The position numbers were made by a program, and so were the translations under genes. From positions 9,920 through 73,919 of the forward strand of contig ONDS01000012.1 in assembly GCA_900316685.1 (NCBI GenBank): 64,000 nt of DNA, written 5' to 3'. Numbering within the stretch: position 1 is the stretch's first letter; each line of letters starts with the position of its first letter. This document shows positions 39,715-50,163 of this stretch, one piece after another. The stretch comes from an uncultured Prevotellaceae bacterium. GTDB taxonomy: Bacteria; Bacteroidota; Bacteroidia; Bacteroidales; Bacteroidaceae. Under the pieces are notes generated by a model. It was not told the DNA's origin. It did not search any database and saw only the letters and a program-made list of their open reading frames with translations.

Positions 39715-39753
39715 AATTTCCGCCCATATCCATTCAGATATGGGCGGAAATTT
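39715..39753. terminator. Bidirectional terminator between the S46 gene and polA
   Basis: AATTTCCGCCCATATC...GATATGGGCGGAAATT. Confidence 0.8.
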
Positions 39754-39788
39754 GTAAATAATTGACAATCAGTCAATTAGGATGGCAA

Positions 39789-42554
39789 TCAGTGTGCTTC
39801 CAGCCAATTGTTCCCCCACCCTGCATCCGCTATGAGCGGCACATTCAGGGGATAGGCCTTTTCCATCTCTTCGATGACGATTTGCTCTACCCTATCCTTC
39901 TCGTCGGGGAGGACGGAGAAGTTGAGCTCGTCGTGTACTTGCAGGATCATCTTCGATTGGATGCCTTCGCGGCGGAAGCGGTTGAAGATACGCACCATGG
40001 CCACCTTGATGATGTCGGCGGCACTGCCTTGTATGGGCGCATTGATGGCGTTGCGCTCGGCAAATCCCCTGACCGTGGCGTTGGCGGAATGGATATCAGG
40101 CAAGAACCGACGGCGGTGGAAGAATGTTTCCACATAGCCTTTCTCACGCGCCTCTTCTTTGGCCCGCTCCATGTATTCACGTACTTGCGGGAACATTTCG
40201 AAGTAACCATCCATCAGTTGGCGTGCCTCCGACCGCTCGATACCCAGCCTTTCAGCCAACCCGAAGACCGTTATGCCGTAGATAATACCGAAATTAGCCC
40301 GTTTGGCCTTTGTACGCTGGTCGCGTGTCACCGATTCCATCGTTTCATGATAGATACGTGCGGCGGTGGCGGCATGAATATCGTAGCCTTCACGGAAGGC
40401 TTCCACCATGCGTTCATCCTGGCTGAGATGCGCCATCACACGCAGTTCAATCTGGCTATAGTCGGCGGAGAAGAACAAGCAACCCTCCTCAGGAATGAAA
40501 GCCTTGCGTATTTCCTTGCCATCCTCGCCCCTGACAGGGATATTCTGCAGGTTGGGATCGCTCGACGAGAGTCGTCCTGTGGCTGTCACCGTCTGGTTGA
40601 ATGAGGTATGGATATGTCCTGTGCGTGGATTGATGAGTTTTGGCAAGGCATCAACATAGGTGCCTAAGAGCTTCTTCAGCCCTCTATGGGCAAGGATATC
40701 CTCCACTATCTCATGTTTCCCTTTGAGGGCCTGCAACACCTCTTCATTGGTGACATATTGCCCTGTCTTTGTTTTCTTCGCTTTCTCCACGATTTTCATC
40801 TTGCCGAAGAGGATGTCGCCGACCTGCTTGGGCGAAGCGATATTGAATGTCTCGCCGGCCAGATCGTAAATACGCTGCTCCAGCTCGTTCATGCGACCGG
40901 TAAGTTGGCGTGACGTTTCCTCGAGCGACAGCGTATCGATGCGTACGCCTGTGAGCTCCATTTCAGCCAGCACCTTGACAAGTGGCATTTCCACCTCATA
41001 GAAGAGCTGCTCTACCCCACCCTCCTTGATTTTCTGTTCCAAGAGTTTTTTTAGTTGCAAGGTGATATCGGCATCTTCGGCAGCATATACATAAACGTCG
41101 GCAGGAGCCAACTCGCGCATTGACTTCTGATTTTTCCCTTTCGGACCTATCAGCTCGTCGATATGGATGGTCTGGTAGTGAAGGTAGGTTTCCGCCATGT
41201 AATCCATGTTATGGCGCAATTCGGGCTGTATGAGGTAATGGGCTATCATGGTATCGAACATCTCACCCTGCAGCTCGATGCCATAGCGGCGGAGTACCAT
41301 GTAGTCATATTTGATATTTTGCCCGACCTTGAGGATTTTTGGATTTTCGTAAAGCGGGCGGAAGAGGTCGACGATTTTTTTCGCCTCATCTTGATTTTCG
41401 GGAACAGGCACATAAAAAGCCTCGTGTTCCTTCACGGCGAAGCTCAATCCTACCAGTTCAGCGTCGATAGCATTGGTGGATGTCGTTTCCGTATCTAAAC
41501 TTAAAATTTGATTTGTCAATAAAAAATCACGAAGTTTTATTATATCTTCTTGATTTTCAATCAAATGATAATCATGACGAATGGTTTTTACGCTTTCAAA
41601 ACTTGAATTTTCTGACGCGACCGCCCCGTTGTCCGAAAATTCTGCAAACAAATCGAGTTCAACAGGCCCTTTTTTGAGGGTTTTTTCCTTTTGCTTGAGA
41701 AATTTGTTAGCCAGGGTCTTGAATTCCAGCTCGGCGAAGATCGACTGCAATTTTTCCTCGTCGGGATCTTTCACCTTTATTTTTTCCAGGTCGAGTTCGA
41801 CGGGCACATCTGTTTTGATGGTGGCAAGGAATTTTGAAATCTTGATATCCTCGATATGCTCCTCCACTTTTTTCTTATTGGCACCTTTGATTTGATCGGT
41901 GTGGGTGATGAGTTGTTCGACGGAGCCGAATTGGCTGATCAGTTTTTTGGCGGTCACCTCACCAATACCTGGACAGCCAGGAAAATTGTCAGCCGAGTCG
42001 CCCATCAACGCCAAAATGTCGATTACCTGTTCCGGATGTTGGATGTCATATTTGGCGGTGATTTCTTTGGGGCCAAGTACATCATAACCGCTTCCGAAAC
42101 GAGGTTTGTACATATAGATATTGTCATCAACCAGTTGCCCATAATCCTTGTCGGGTGTGAGCATGAACACCTGGATGCTGTGTTGGGCAGCCTTTTTGGC
42201 AAGAGTGCCTATCACATCGTCAGCCTCAAAACCCGCCTGCATGAATATTTCGATATTCATGGCCTTGAGGATATCCATGATAATAGGAACAGAAGCGGTA
42301 ATGTCCTCAGGAGTTTTTTCGCGTTGTGCCTTATATGGTGCATACGCCTCATGCCGGAAAGTGGGTCCATGTGGGTCGAAAGCCACGGCTATGTAGTCGG
42401 GTTTTTCTTTTTCCAACACCTCGTGGAGGGTGTTGCAAAAACCCATAATGGGGGATGTGTTCATTCCCTTGGAGTTGATTCGTGGATTCTTGATGAAAGC
42501 GAAATAGGCCCTATAGATAAGGGCATAGGCATCGATGAGAAACAGTTTGTCCAT
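39789..42554 (-). CDS. polA: DNA polymerase I
   Basis: 5'-3' exonuclease (EADD, GDSADN), DTET 3'-5' exonuclease, DYSQIELR, K..NFGIIYG, QVHDEL. Confidence 0.98.
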   Translation of the reverse strand: MDKLFLIDAYALIYRAYFAFIKNPRINSKGMNTSPIMGFCNTLHEVLEKEKPDYIAVAFDPHGPTFRHEAYAPYKAQREKTPEDITASVPIIMDILKAMNIEIFMQAGFEADDVIGTLAKKAAQHSIQVFMLTPDKDYGQLVDDNIYMYKPRFGSGYDVLGPKEITAKYDIQHPEQVIDILALMGDSADNFPGCPGIGEVTAKKLISQFGSVEQLITHTDQIKGANKKKVEEHIEDIKISKFLATIKTDVPVELDLEKIKVKDPDEEKLQSIFAELEFKTLANKFLKQKEKTLKKGPVELDLFAEFSDNGAVASENSSFESVKTIRHDYHLIENQEDIIKLRDFLLTNQILSLDTETTSTNAIDAELVGLSFAVKEHEAFYVPVPENQDEAKKIVDLFRPLYENPKILKVGQNIKYDYMVLRRYGIELQGEMFDTMIAHYLIQPELRHNMDYMAETYLHYQTIHIDELIGPKGKNQKSMRELAPADVYVYAAEDADITLQLKKLLEQKIKEGGVEQLFYEVEMPLVKVLAEMELTGVRIDTLSLEETSRQLTGRMNELEQRIYDLAGETFNIASPKQVGDILFGKMKIVEKAKKTKTGQYVTNEEVLQALKGKHEIVEDILAHRGLKKLLGTYVDALPKLINPRTGHIHTSFNQTVTATGRLSSSDPNLQNIPVRGEDGKEIRKAFIPEEGCLFFSADYSQIELRVMAHLSQDERMVEAFREGYDIHAATAARIYHETMESVTRDQRTKAKRANFGIIYGITVFGLAERLGIERSEARQLMDGYFEMFPQVREYMERAKEEAREKGYVETFFHRRRFLPDIHSANATVRGFAERNAINAPIQGSAADIIKVAMVRIFNRFRREGIQSKMILQVHDELNFSVLPDEKDRVEQIVIEEMEKAYPLNVPLIADAGWGNNWLEAH

Positions 42555-42641
42555 ACTAATTAAATTTTCCGTGTAAAATTACACATTTTTTTGTGATTAA
42601 TCGATTAAAAATGAGTAATTTTGTGACAAATTTCAATTTCT

Positions 42642-43619
42642 ATGGATTATCTCTCTCTTATAGGCAATCCCATTCGCGAAGAGCTGGCTCTTTTTGAGCG
42701 TCTCTTTTCCGAGTCACTGTCACATGGAAACGAGCTATTATCACACGCTTTGGACCACATCCGGCAGCGAGGTGGAAAACGAATGCGTCCCATCCTGACC
42801 TTTTTGATGGCCAAGAATTTCGGCGAGGCGAGCATGGTGACCCAGCACGCGGCATTAGGATTGGAACTGTTGCATACCGCCAGTTTGATACATGATGATG
42901 TGGTTGACGAAAGTGCCGAACGGCGTGGTCAGCCATCGTTGAATGCCAGTTTCAACAATAAGGTTTCCGTATTGGTCGGTGATTATATATTATCTACCGC
43001 ACTGCTCCATGTTTCTTTTACCGAACGTCAGTTGATTATACAAAGTCTCGCTGAGTTGGGGCAGACGCTTTCAAGTGGAGAATTACTCCAGCTGAATAAT
43101 TTCACGCAAGGCGGGCTGGATGAAAACATCTATTACGATATCATTGAACAAAAAACAGCTTCGTTATTCTCCACTTGTGCGAAAATCGGAGCCCTCAGTG
43201 CTGGAGTTGATGCAGAATCCGTGGCTGCTGCCACACGATTCGGTATGATAGTGGGTATGATTTTCCAAGTGCGCGATGATATTTTCGACTATTACGACGC
43301 CACGAATATAGGCAAGCCTACGGGCAATGATATGGCTGAAGGGAAATTGACCTTACCTGCCATATATGCGCTGAAAGCTTGTGCCGATAATGAGATGTTG
43401 ACCATTGCCGACAAGGTAAAGCATCAGCAAGCCACAACCGAGGAAATCCATCGTTTGGTGGCCTTCTCCAAGGAGCAAGGGGGAATAGAATATGCAGAGC
43501 AAAAGATGAACGAATGGCATGAGGAAGGTAAATCGTTCATAGAGAAATTTGTAAAAAATGAACCCATTTCCATCTCCCTGCAAGCATATTTGGACTTCGT
43601 TTCACAGCGAGTTTATTGA
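42642..43619 (+). CDS. Polyprenyl diphosphate synthase
   Basis: GGKRMRP, HDDVVD...RRG, FQVRDDIFD, D..EGKLTLP. Confidence 0.93.
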   Translation: MDYLSLIGNPIREELALFERLFSESLSHGNELLSHALDHIRQRGGKRMRPILTFLMAKNFGEASMVTQHAALGLELLHTASLIHDDVVDESAERRGQPSLNASFNNKVSVLVGDYILSTALLHVSFTERQLIIQSLAELGQTLSSGELLQLNNFTQGGLDENIYYDIIEQKTASLFSTCAKIGALSAGVDAESVAAATRFGMIVGMIFQVRDDIFDYYDATNIGKPTGNDMAEGKLTLPAIYALKACADNEMLTIADKVKHQQATTEEIHRLVAFSKEQGGIEYAEQKMNEWHEEGKSFIEKFVKNEPISISLQAYLDFVSQRVY

Positions 43620-43650
43620 AACGACATGTAATGAACAACCTCTAAATACG

Positions 43651-43702
43651 AAGAGTGATGAGCGATGGGAACATTTATTTCCCAAGGCTCATCACTCTTT
43701 TT
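43651..43702. terminator. Terminator hairpin between convergent genes
   Basis: AAGAGTGATGAGC...GCTCATCACTCTT plus T-tract. Confidence 0.75.
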
Positions 43703-43716
43703 TAGTTCTTTGGCAT

Positions 43717-44598
43717 TTAGAAGAATTTCGTCTCTTCGCCAACCACTTCACTGAGCAGTAAATTGGCCAATCTACTTGTTCCTAAACGGAACCATTTGTT
43801 GGTAAGCCATTTTTCGCCCAGGACCTCCTTAACGATGGTGTAGTATATAAGTGCATCCATCACCGAATTGAGGCCGCCAGCGGGCTTAAAACCTATCTGT
43901 ATGCCCGTTTCATCGTAGTACTCCTTGATGGCTTGGCACATGACATAGGCAGCCTCGGGTGTAGCCGCCGGTTCCAACTTACCAGTAGACGTCTTTATAT
44001 AATCGGCTCCGGCATACATGGCGAGGATGGACGCTTTCTTGATGTTGGATGCCGTTTTCAGGCAACCCGTTTCAAGAATCACCTTCATGTCGTGTTCTCC
44101 ACACATGGCTTTCAGTTCGTTGATATCATCGCAAAGACCCTCGTAATCGCCGCTGAGGAACTTGCCCACCGGCATCACGATATCTATTTCGGTAGCACCA
44201 TCTTTGATGGCCAAGGCTGTTTCCGCCACTTTCACTTCGATGAGGGCCTGGGAGGAGGGGAAGGAACCCGACACGCAAGCCACTTCCACACCCTCCACTT
44301 CGAGGGTTTGGCTGACCACTTTGGCAAAACACGGATAGACGCAGATGGTGGCCACGTGGGGTAGGGTAGGGTATTGGTCTTCGAAAGCATTCACTTTCTC
44401 GGTAAAAGCCAAGACACTTTCCTCCGAATCGGTGGTCTTCAGGGTGGTGAGTTCGATACTTCCCATCAAGAACCGTTTCACTGCGAGGTTATCGTTCTCT
44501 GGAACTTTCTCGGCGATGATTTTTTTCACGGCCTCTTTCACTTCGGCATCAGAGATGTCGGTGCTGTACTTGCTTAAAGCTTCTTCGTATTTGTTCAT
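43717..44598 (-). CDS. deoC: Deoxyribose-phosphate aldolase
   Basis: ATICVYP, GATEIDIV, KVILETG, IKTSTGK, GFKPAGG, RLGTS. Confidence 0.95.
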   Translation of the reverse strand: MNKYEEALSKYSTDISDAEVKEAVKKIIAEKVPENDNLAVKRFLMGSIELTTLKTTDSEESVLAFTEKVNAFEDQYPTLPHVATICVYPCFAKVVSQTLEVEGVEVACVSGSFPSSQALIEVKVAETALAIKDGATEIDIVMPVGKFLSGDYEGLCDDINELKAMCGEHDMKVILETGCLKTASNIKKASILAMYAGADYIKTSTGKLEPAATPEAAYVMCQAIKEYYDETGIQIGFKPAGGLNSVMDALIYYTIVKEVLGEKWLTNKWFRLGTSRLANLLLSEVVGEETKFF

Positions 44599-44714
44599 AA
44601 TATTTGCTTTTGAAATATGAAATTTGAAATGAATTATTGTCGTAATAACGATATAACGTAATAACGGTATAACGAAATACCGAAATACCGAAATAGTCCT
44701 CCTTTAAACTTTCC

Positions 44715-45050
44715 TCACGTTGTCAATTTAGGGTTGGCGATATGTCGCAGACTATCGCGGTTGGTCTTCTTTTCCATCGTTTTGAGAAATTCTTCAGTCA
44801 GGTTGACGCCCGTTTGGTTGGCCAGACAGAGTAGAACCCAAAGTATGTCGGCCATCTCCTCGCCAAGGTTGGCCTTTTCTCCTTCTTTAAAGCTCTGGTC
44901 GCCATATAAACGCGCCATGACACGAGCTAATTCGCCCACTTCTTCCGTCAGGCATGCCATATTGGTCAGTTCGGAGAAATAACGTACCCCGTAACGATGG
45001 ATCCATTCGTCCACCATCTCTTGCGCTTGCAGTAATGTTACGTTTTTCAT
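44715..45050 (-). CDS. MazG-like nucleotide pyrophosphohydrolase
   Basis: LTEEVGELAR, EEMADILW. Confidence 0.9.
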   Translation of the reverse strand: MKNVTLLQAQEMVDEWIHRYGVRYFSELTNMACLTEEVGELARVMARLYGDQSFKEGEKANLGEEMADILWVLLCLANQTGVNLTEEFLKTMEKKTNRDSLRHIANPKLTT

Positions 45051-45502
45051 TATACCTTGTTTTTCGTATCGATGATGATAGTGACAGGTCCGTCGTTGGT
45101 CAGCGACACCTGCATATTGGCGCCGAAACGTCCCGTGGCCACAGGCTTTTGTATGGCTCGCCCCATCTGCTCGCAGAAGGTTTCATACATAGGGATGGCC
45201 AGTTCATGAGGTGCGGCATGTATCCACGATGGACGGTTGCCTTTCTTCGTGGAAGCCATCAGGGTGAACTGGCTCACCACCATTATCTCGCCGTCAACGT
45301 CTGTCACGGAACGGTTCATCACGCCATTCTCATCATCGAAGATGCGCAAGGCGGCGATTTTCTTCACCAGCCACTCTACATCTTCGGTGGTGTCGTCGCC
45401 GCCAACGCCCAAAAGCACGAGCATGCCTTTGCCGATTTGGCTTGTATCGGCGTCATCTATCACCACTTTGGCGTTTGTCACACGTTGAATAACTACTTTC
45501 AT
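45050..45502 (-). CDS. dtd: D-aminoacyl-tRNA deacylase
   Basis: VIQRV, SQFTL, GNRPS, NDGPVT. Confidence 0.96.
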   Translation of the reverse strand: MKVVIQRVTNAKVVIDDADTSQIGKGMLVLLGVGGDDTTEDVEWLVKKIAALRIFDDENGVMNRSVTDVDGEIMVVSQFTLMASTKKGNRPSWIHAAPHELAIPMYETFCEQMGRAIQKPVATGRFGANMQVSLTNDGPVTIIIDTKNKV

Positions 45503-45530
45503 GGCTCAATAAATACTTGTTTTTTTTTCT

Positions 45531-47384
45531 TCAGGATTGTGTCTCTGATGAATTTTCCGGATGGAAATGCTGCCACATCACCATCCCTTTCTGGGTTCCT
45601 ACCATGGCCGACAGTTCCTCCAGGGAGGCTTCGCGCATCCTCTTTACCGATTTAAACTGTTTGAGCAGTGCTTCCTTGGTCTTGGGCCCGATACCCTTGA
45701 TACTGTCGAGTTCGGAATGTACAGCATGTTTGCTTCGCTTGTCGCGATGGAAGGTGATGGCATAGCGGTGAACCTCATCCTGGATGCGCGTCAGGGTATG
45801 AAATAGTTCGGAATTCGTTTTCATGCCTACGACGATGGGAGGGAATCCGAAAAGCAATTCGTTGGTGCGGTGCTTGTCGTCTTTAGCCAAGCCGGCGATG
45901 GCGATGTCGGCATGCAGCTCATCTTCCACCACTTGTCTGACCACCTCCATCTGTCCTTTGCCGCCATCGGTGATGATGAGGTCGGGTAGGGGAGTGCCCT
46001 CCTCCAGCATACGCGAGTATCGACGTCGCACCACCTCTTGCATCGACGCATAATCGTCGGGACCCACCACCGTTTTTATGTTATACTTGCGGTAGTCTTT
46101 CTTGCTCGGCTTCATCCCTTTGAACACCACACAACCCGCCACGGCATCGGTGCCGCTGATATTGCTGTTGTCGAAACATTCGATGTGGTAGGGCATCTTT
46201 TCCATGCCTAAAGCTCCTTGCAGCTCCTTCATCAGTCGGGTGGTCTTTTGCTCGGGGTTGAGCTTTTCCGTCCGTTTCAGCCTGTCCACCTTATATTGTT
46301 TGCCATTCATCTGCGAGAGTTCCAATAGATGGCGTTTTTCCCCTCTCTGAGGAATGGTGAAGGTGATGTCTGCCAGTTGCCATTCCAATTCAAAGGGGAC
46401 GACGATTTCCTTGGCTGTGGACTGGAAACGCTCGCGGATATCGGGGATGGCCATTGTGAGCAGTTCCTCGTCAGATTCGTTGAGTTTGCGTTTGTATTCG
46501 AAGGTGAAAGCCTGGTTGATGCTGCCGTTGGTGACGTGCATATAATTGACGAAGGCCATCTTGTCGAAGTCGTCGTTGACAATGGAAAACACGTCTACAT
46601 TGTTCACCGTATGGCTCACCACTTCGCTTTTCGCGCAATAATTGCGAATCAACAGATATTGTTGTTTGAGCAATTCCGCCTCCTCGAACTCCAACAGTTC
46701 CGCCTTCTTCTGCATGCGTTCGAAAAGCATGTCCGATATCTCACGCGTGTTGCCTTTGAGTATTTCCCGGGCTTGTTGGATGCTGTCGGCATAAGCCTCT
46801 TTCGTCTGCTTGCCGATGCAAGGTCCTTGGCAATTATGTAGATGGTATTCCAGGCAGGGCCGGAAATTACCCTTTCGCACACCTTCTTCGGTGAGCGGCA
46901 GCCGACAGGTGCGCGGCTTGTACACTTTATGGATTAGTTCCAGCACTGCATACATGCTCGCCACATTGCTGTAGGGCCCGAAATACTGTCCTCCCTTCTT
47001 GTTGATGATCCTCGTCTTGAAAATACGCGGATACTCCTCTTTTGTCACGCAGATGCTGGGGTAGGTTTTGCCATCCTTCAGCAACACGTTGTAGCGAGGA
47101 TTGTATTTCTTGATAAGGCTGTTTTCCAGCAGCAGCGCATCCTCCTCGGTCTTGACGACCGTATAGGTGAGGTGGTGGATTTTGGAAACGAGTACCTTGG
47201 TCTTGAATCGGTCCACTTCCTTGTGGAAATAGGAGGCGACCCTTCGCTTCAAGTTTTTCGCCTTGCCCACATAGATGATCACGCCATCAGCGTCGAAGAA
47301 CTGATAACTGCCGGGCTGCTCGGGCATGTTGGCCACGATGTCCTTGAGTCCTTGCAACCTTTTTTCGTTTTCTTCCTTGGTCAT
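45531..47384 (-). CDS. uvrC: Excinuclease ABC subunit C
   Basis: YVGKAKNL GIY-YIG, ECFDNSN, DGGKGQ, DEVHRYA, HhH. Confidence 0.97.
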   Translation of the reverse strand: MTKEENEKRLQGLKDIVANMPEQPGSYQFFDADGVIIYVGKAKNLKRRVASYFHKEVDRFKTKVLVSKIHHLTYTVVKTEEDALLLENSLIKKYNPRYNVLLKDGKTYPSICVTKEEYPRIFKTRIINKKGGQYFGPYSNVASMYAVLELIHKVYKPRTCRLPLTEEGVRKGNFRPCLEYHLHNCQGPCIGKQTKEAYADSIQQAREILKGNTREISDMLFERMQKKAELLEFEEAELLKQQYLLIRNYCAKSEVVSHTVNNVDVFSIVNDDFDKMAFVNYMHVTNGSINQAFTFEYKRKLNESDEELLTMAIPDIRERFQSTAKEIVVPFELEWQLADITFTIPQRGEKRHLLELSQMNGKQYKVDRLKRTEKLNPEQKTTRLMKELQGALGMEKMPYHIECFDNSNISGTDAVAGCVVFKGMKPSKKDYRKYNIKTVVGPDDYASMQEVVRRRYSRMLEEGTPLPDLIITDGGKGQMEVVRQVVEDELHADIAIAGLAKDDKHRTNELLFGFPPIVVGMKTNSELFHTLTRIQDEVHRYAITFHRDKRSKHAVHSELDSIKGIGPKTKEALLKQFKSVKRMREASLEELSAMVGTQKGMVMWQHFHPENSSETQS

Positions 47385-47398
47385 GATGTGGGTTGGAT

Positions 47399-47414
47399 TG
47401 TTTCACGTGAAACT
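47399..47414. promoter_or_regulatory. parS site (1 mismatch)
   Basis: TGTTTCACGTGAAACT versus consensus TGTTNCACGTGAAACA. Confidence 0.85.
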
Positions 47415-47945
47415 TTAAATCTCCATCAGCGATGTGATCTCCACGTCCTTGTCGAATGCTTCGCGGCCGTTGAGGCCCTCGTTCACCAGTTCGATGATGA
47501 AGTTCATGTAGATCTTCTTGGGGTGGAATTTCTTCACCAGGTTGTAAGCCGCCTTCATTGTGCCGCCTGTGGCTAAGAGGTCGTCGTGCAGTAGCACCAC
47601 GTCGTCGGGCGTGATGGCGTCCTTGTGTATCTCGATGGTGTCCTCTCCGTACTCCTTCGTGTAGCTCTCCTGCACCGTCTCTGCGGGCAGCTTGCCGGGC
47701 TTGCGGCAGAGTACCACGCCGGCGCCGAGTTTCACAGCCAGTGCGGAGGCCATCACGAAGCCGCGGCTCTCGATGCCTACTATCTTTGTGATGCCCTTGT
47801 CCTTGTAGATGTCGTAAAGCTCATCCTCCATCACGCGAAGGCATTCGGCGTTTTTGAAGAGGGTGGTCACGTCACGGAAATTGATGCCCTTCTCGGGGAA
47901 ATCGGGAATGGAGCGGAGGTTGTCCAAAAGAATCTTGTTGTTCAT
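47415..47945 (-). CDS. apt: Adenine phosphoribosyltransferase
   Basis: IPDFP..GI.FRD, ESRGF, RKPGKLP, DDLLATGGT. Confidence 0.96.
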   Translation of the reverse strand: MNNKILLDNLRSIPDFPEKGINFRDVTTLFKNAECLRVMEDELYDIYKDKGITKIVGIESRGFVMASALAVKLGAGVVLCRKPGKLPAETVQESYTKEYGEDTIEIHKDAITPDDVVLLHDDLLATGGTMKAAYNLVKKFHPKKIYMNFIIELVNEGLNGREAFDKDVEITSLMEI

Positions 47946-47967
47946 TTCGTATGGGTTTAGTTGTTAA

Positions 47968-47983
47968 TGTTCCACGTGAAACA
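47968..47983. promoter_or_regulatory. parS site (consensus)
   Basis: TGTTCCACGTGAAACA. Confidence 0.9.
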
Positions 47984-48081
47984 ATCTTTGGCCCGTGCCT
48001 TGCGGCTCTTTTTGGCGGGGTGGGATTGTGTGTTGTTTTGTAAAATATTTTTATCTCTTTTTGGTGGTTGCGGATGGGGCG

Positions 48082-49953
48082 TCAGCGTCCCATCAGTACC
48101 AGCATGGCGTTGATGTCGCTCGGGGAGACCCCGGGTATGCGACTGGCCTGTGCGAGGGTCTCGGGATTGATGCGCTTGAGTTTCTGTCGTGCCTCGGTAG
48201 AGATGGCGTTGAGGTTGTCGTAATCGAAATGACCTCGTATCTTGATGTTCTCAAGCCGCCGCATCTTCTCGGCCATCATGCGTTCGCGCTCAATATAGCC
48301 TTTGTATTTGAGTCTTATTTCTGCTCCCTCGGCTATTTCTTCGCGGCGGTTGGCGGGAGCTTGCAGCAGTGCGTTGAGCTCGGGCAGTTGCTCGGCGGCA
48401 TCGGCGATGGTCACCTGCGGGCGGCAGAGCACGTCGATGAGAGGGCAGCCTCCGTGGAGTGGGGTGGTGCCCAGTCTTTCCAACATGCCGTTCATCTGTT
48501 GCGCCTTCACATGAGTGTGTTCGCAGAAGTCGATGATGCGATGGATGGCCTCTTTTTTCTCGAGCCACCAGTTGAGTCGTTCGGTGTCGGCCAGTCCCAA
48601 GGCATGGGCCTTTTCGGTGAGTCGTTCGTCGGCGTCATCCTGTCGGAGCAGTACTCGGTATTCGGCGCGCGAGGTGAACATCCTGTAAGGCTCGTCTACG
48701 CCCTTGGTCACCAGGTCGTCGATGAGCACACCGATATAGCTCTCGTCGCGACCGAGCACCAGAGGGGTGCCGCCGCCGCAACGGATGGCGGCATTGGTGC
48801 CAGCCACCAGTCCCTGGCCTGCCGCTTCCTCGTAGCCCGTGGTGCCGTTGACCTGTCCGGCGAGGAAGAGTCCTTCGATGATTTTCGATTCCAGTGAATG
48901 GTGCAACTGAGTGGGGTCGAAGAAGTCGTACTCGATGGCATAGCCCGGGCGGTAAACCCTCACATCGCGTAGGGCGGGGATATGGCGCAGCGCCTCTATC
49001 TGTACGTCCATGGGCATGCTCGACGAGAAGCCGTTGAGATACATCTCGTTGGTGTTCTCCCCCTCGGGTTCGAGGAAGAGCAGGTGCTGCTCCCTGTCGG
49101 GGAAGGTGACCAGCTTGGTTTCTATCGATGGGCAGTAGCGCGGTCCTATGCTCTGTATCTGTCCGTTGTAGAGTGGAGATTGATCGATGCCCCCCATCAG
49201 GGTGGCGTGCACATCGGGATTGGTGTAACAAATCCAGCAGGGCAGTTGCTTCAGCGCGCGGTGGCGGTTGAGGAAGCTGAACTGGTGGAAGGTGTCCTCG
49301 CCGTTCTGTATCTCCATATCCTCGAAATGCACCGACCTGCGGTCGATTCTCACAGGGGTGCCCGTTTTCATTCTCGCGCTTTGTATGCCGTGGCGCGTGA
49401 TGCTTTCTGTGAGATGATGGGCGGCGGGTTCGGCGATGCGCCCCCCTTCCACCTGTCGCGGACCGATATGCATGAGTCCGTTGAGGAATGTCCCGGCGGT
49501 GAGCACGATGCTCTTGGCATGGAAGGTGGCACCCCAGATGGTTTTCACGCCGACGGCCGTGGTCCCTTCCACCAAGAGTTCCTCCACTTGGTCTTGCCAG
49601 ATGTCGAGGTGGGGTGTGCTGTCGAGCGTCTCCCTCCATTTCCAGATGAATTTTCCACGGTCGCACTGTGCCCTGGGGCTCCATACCGCAGGTCCCTTCG
49701 ACATATTGAGCATACGAAATTGTATGGCTGTGGCATCCGTGACCAGTCCCATCTGTCCGCCCATGGCATCAATCTCGCGCACGATCTGTCCCTTGGCGAT
49801 ACCACCCACGGCGGGGTTGCACGACATCTGGGCGATCTTGTTCATGTCCATGGTGATGAGCAGCGTATGCGCGCCCATACGTGCGGCGGCGCACGCTGCC
49901 TCGCAACCGGCGTGTCCGGCTCCGATAACTATCACATCGTAGGATTGATTCAT
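48082..49953 (-). CDS. mnmG: tRNA U34 carboxymethylaminomethyl modification enzyme MnmG (GidA)
   Basis: GAGHAGCEA, MSCNPAVGG, KTGTP, GPRYCPSIE, GTTGYEEAA, PYRMFTSRAEYR. Confidence 0.98.
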   Translation of the reverse strand: MNQSYDVIVIGAGHAGCEAACAAARMGAHTLLITMDMNKIAQMSCNPAVGGIAKGQIVREIDAMGGQMGLVTDATAIQFRMLNMSKGPAVWSPRAQCDRGKFIWKWRETLDSTPHLDIWQDQVEELLVEGTTAVGVKTIWGATFHAKSIVLTAGTFLNGLMHIGPRQVEGGRIAEPAAHHLTESITRHGIQSARMKTGTPVRIDRRSVHFEDMEIQNGEDTFHQFSFLNRHRALKQLPCWICYTNPDVHATLMGGIDQSPLYNGQIQSIGPRYCPSIETKLVTFPDREQHLLFLEPEGENTNEMYLNGFSSSMPMDVQIEALRHIPALRDVRVYRPGYAIEYDFFDPTQLHHSLESKIIEGLFLAGQVNGTTGYEEAAGQGLVAGTNAAIRCGGGTPLVLGRDESYIGVLIDDLVTKGVDEPYRMFTSRAEYRVLLRQDDADERLTEKAHALGLADTERLNWWLEKKEAIHRIIDFCEHTHVKAQQMNGMLERLGTTPLHGGCPLIDVLCRPQVTIADAAEQLPELNALLQAPANRREEIAEGAEIRLKYKGYIERERMMAEKMRRLENIKIRGHFDYDNLNAISTEARQKLKRINPETLAQASRIPGVSPSDINAMLVLMGR

Positions 49954-50163
49954 TGGGTAATAAATATTTTGCAGGGCAAAGTTACTATTTTTTTTGCTAA
50001 AAACTTTGAAATATCATTAAATTATAGTATTTTTGCAAACGGTATAGGCCTAAACCATACCTAAATAAAGGTATTTTTGGTAACTCTTAAATCGAAAGAC
50101 GTAGTCTATTATTCATTGGTGAAAATTCGAAATTCATTATAAATTTTTAAATATCAATCATTT

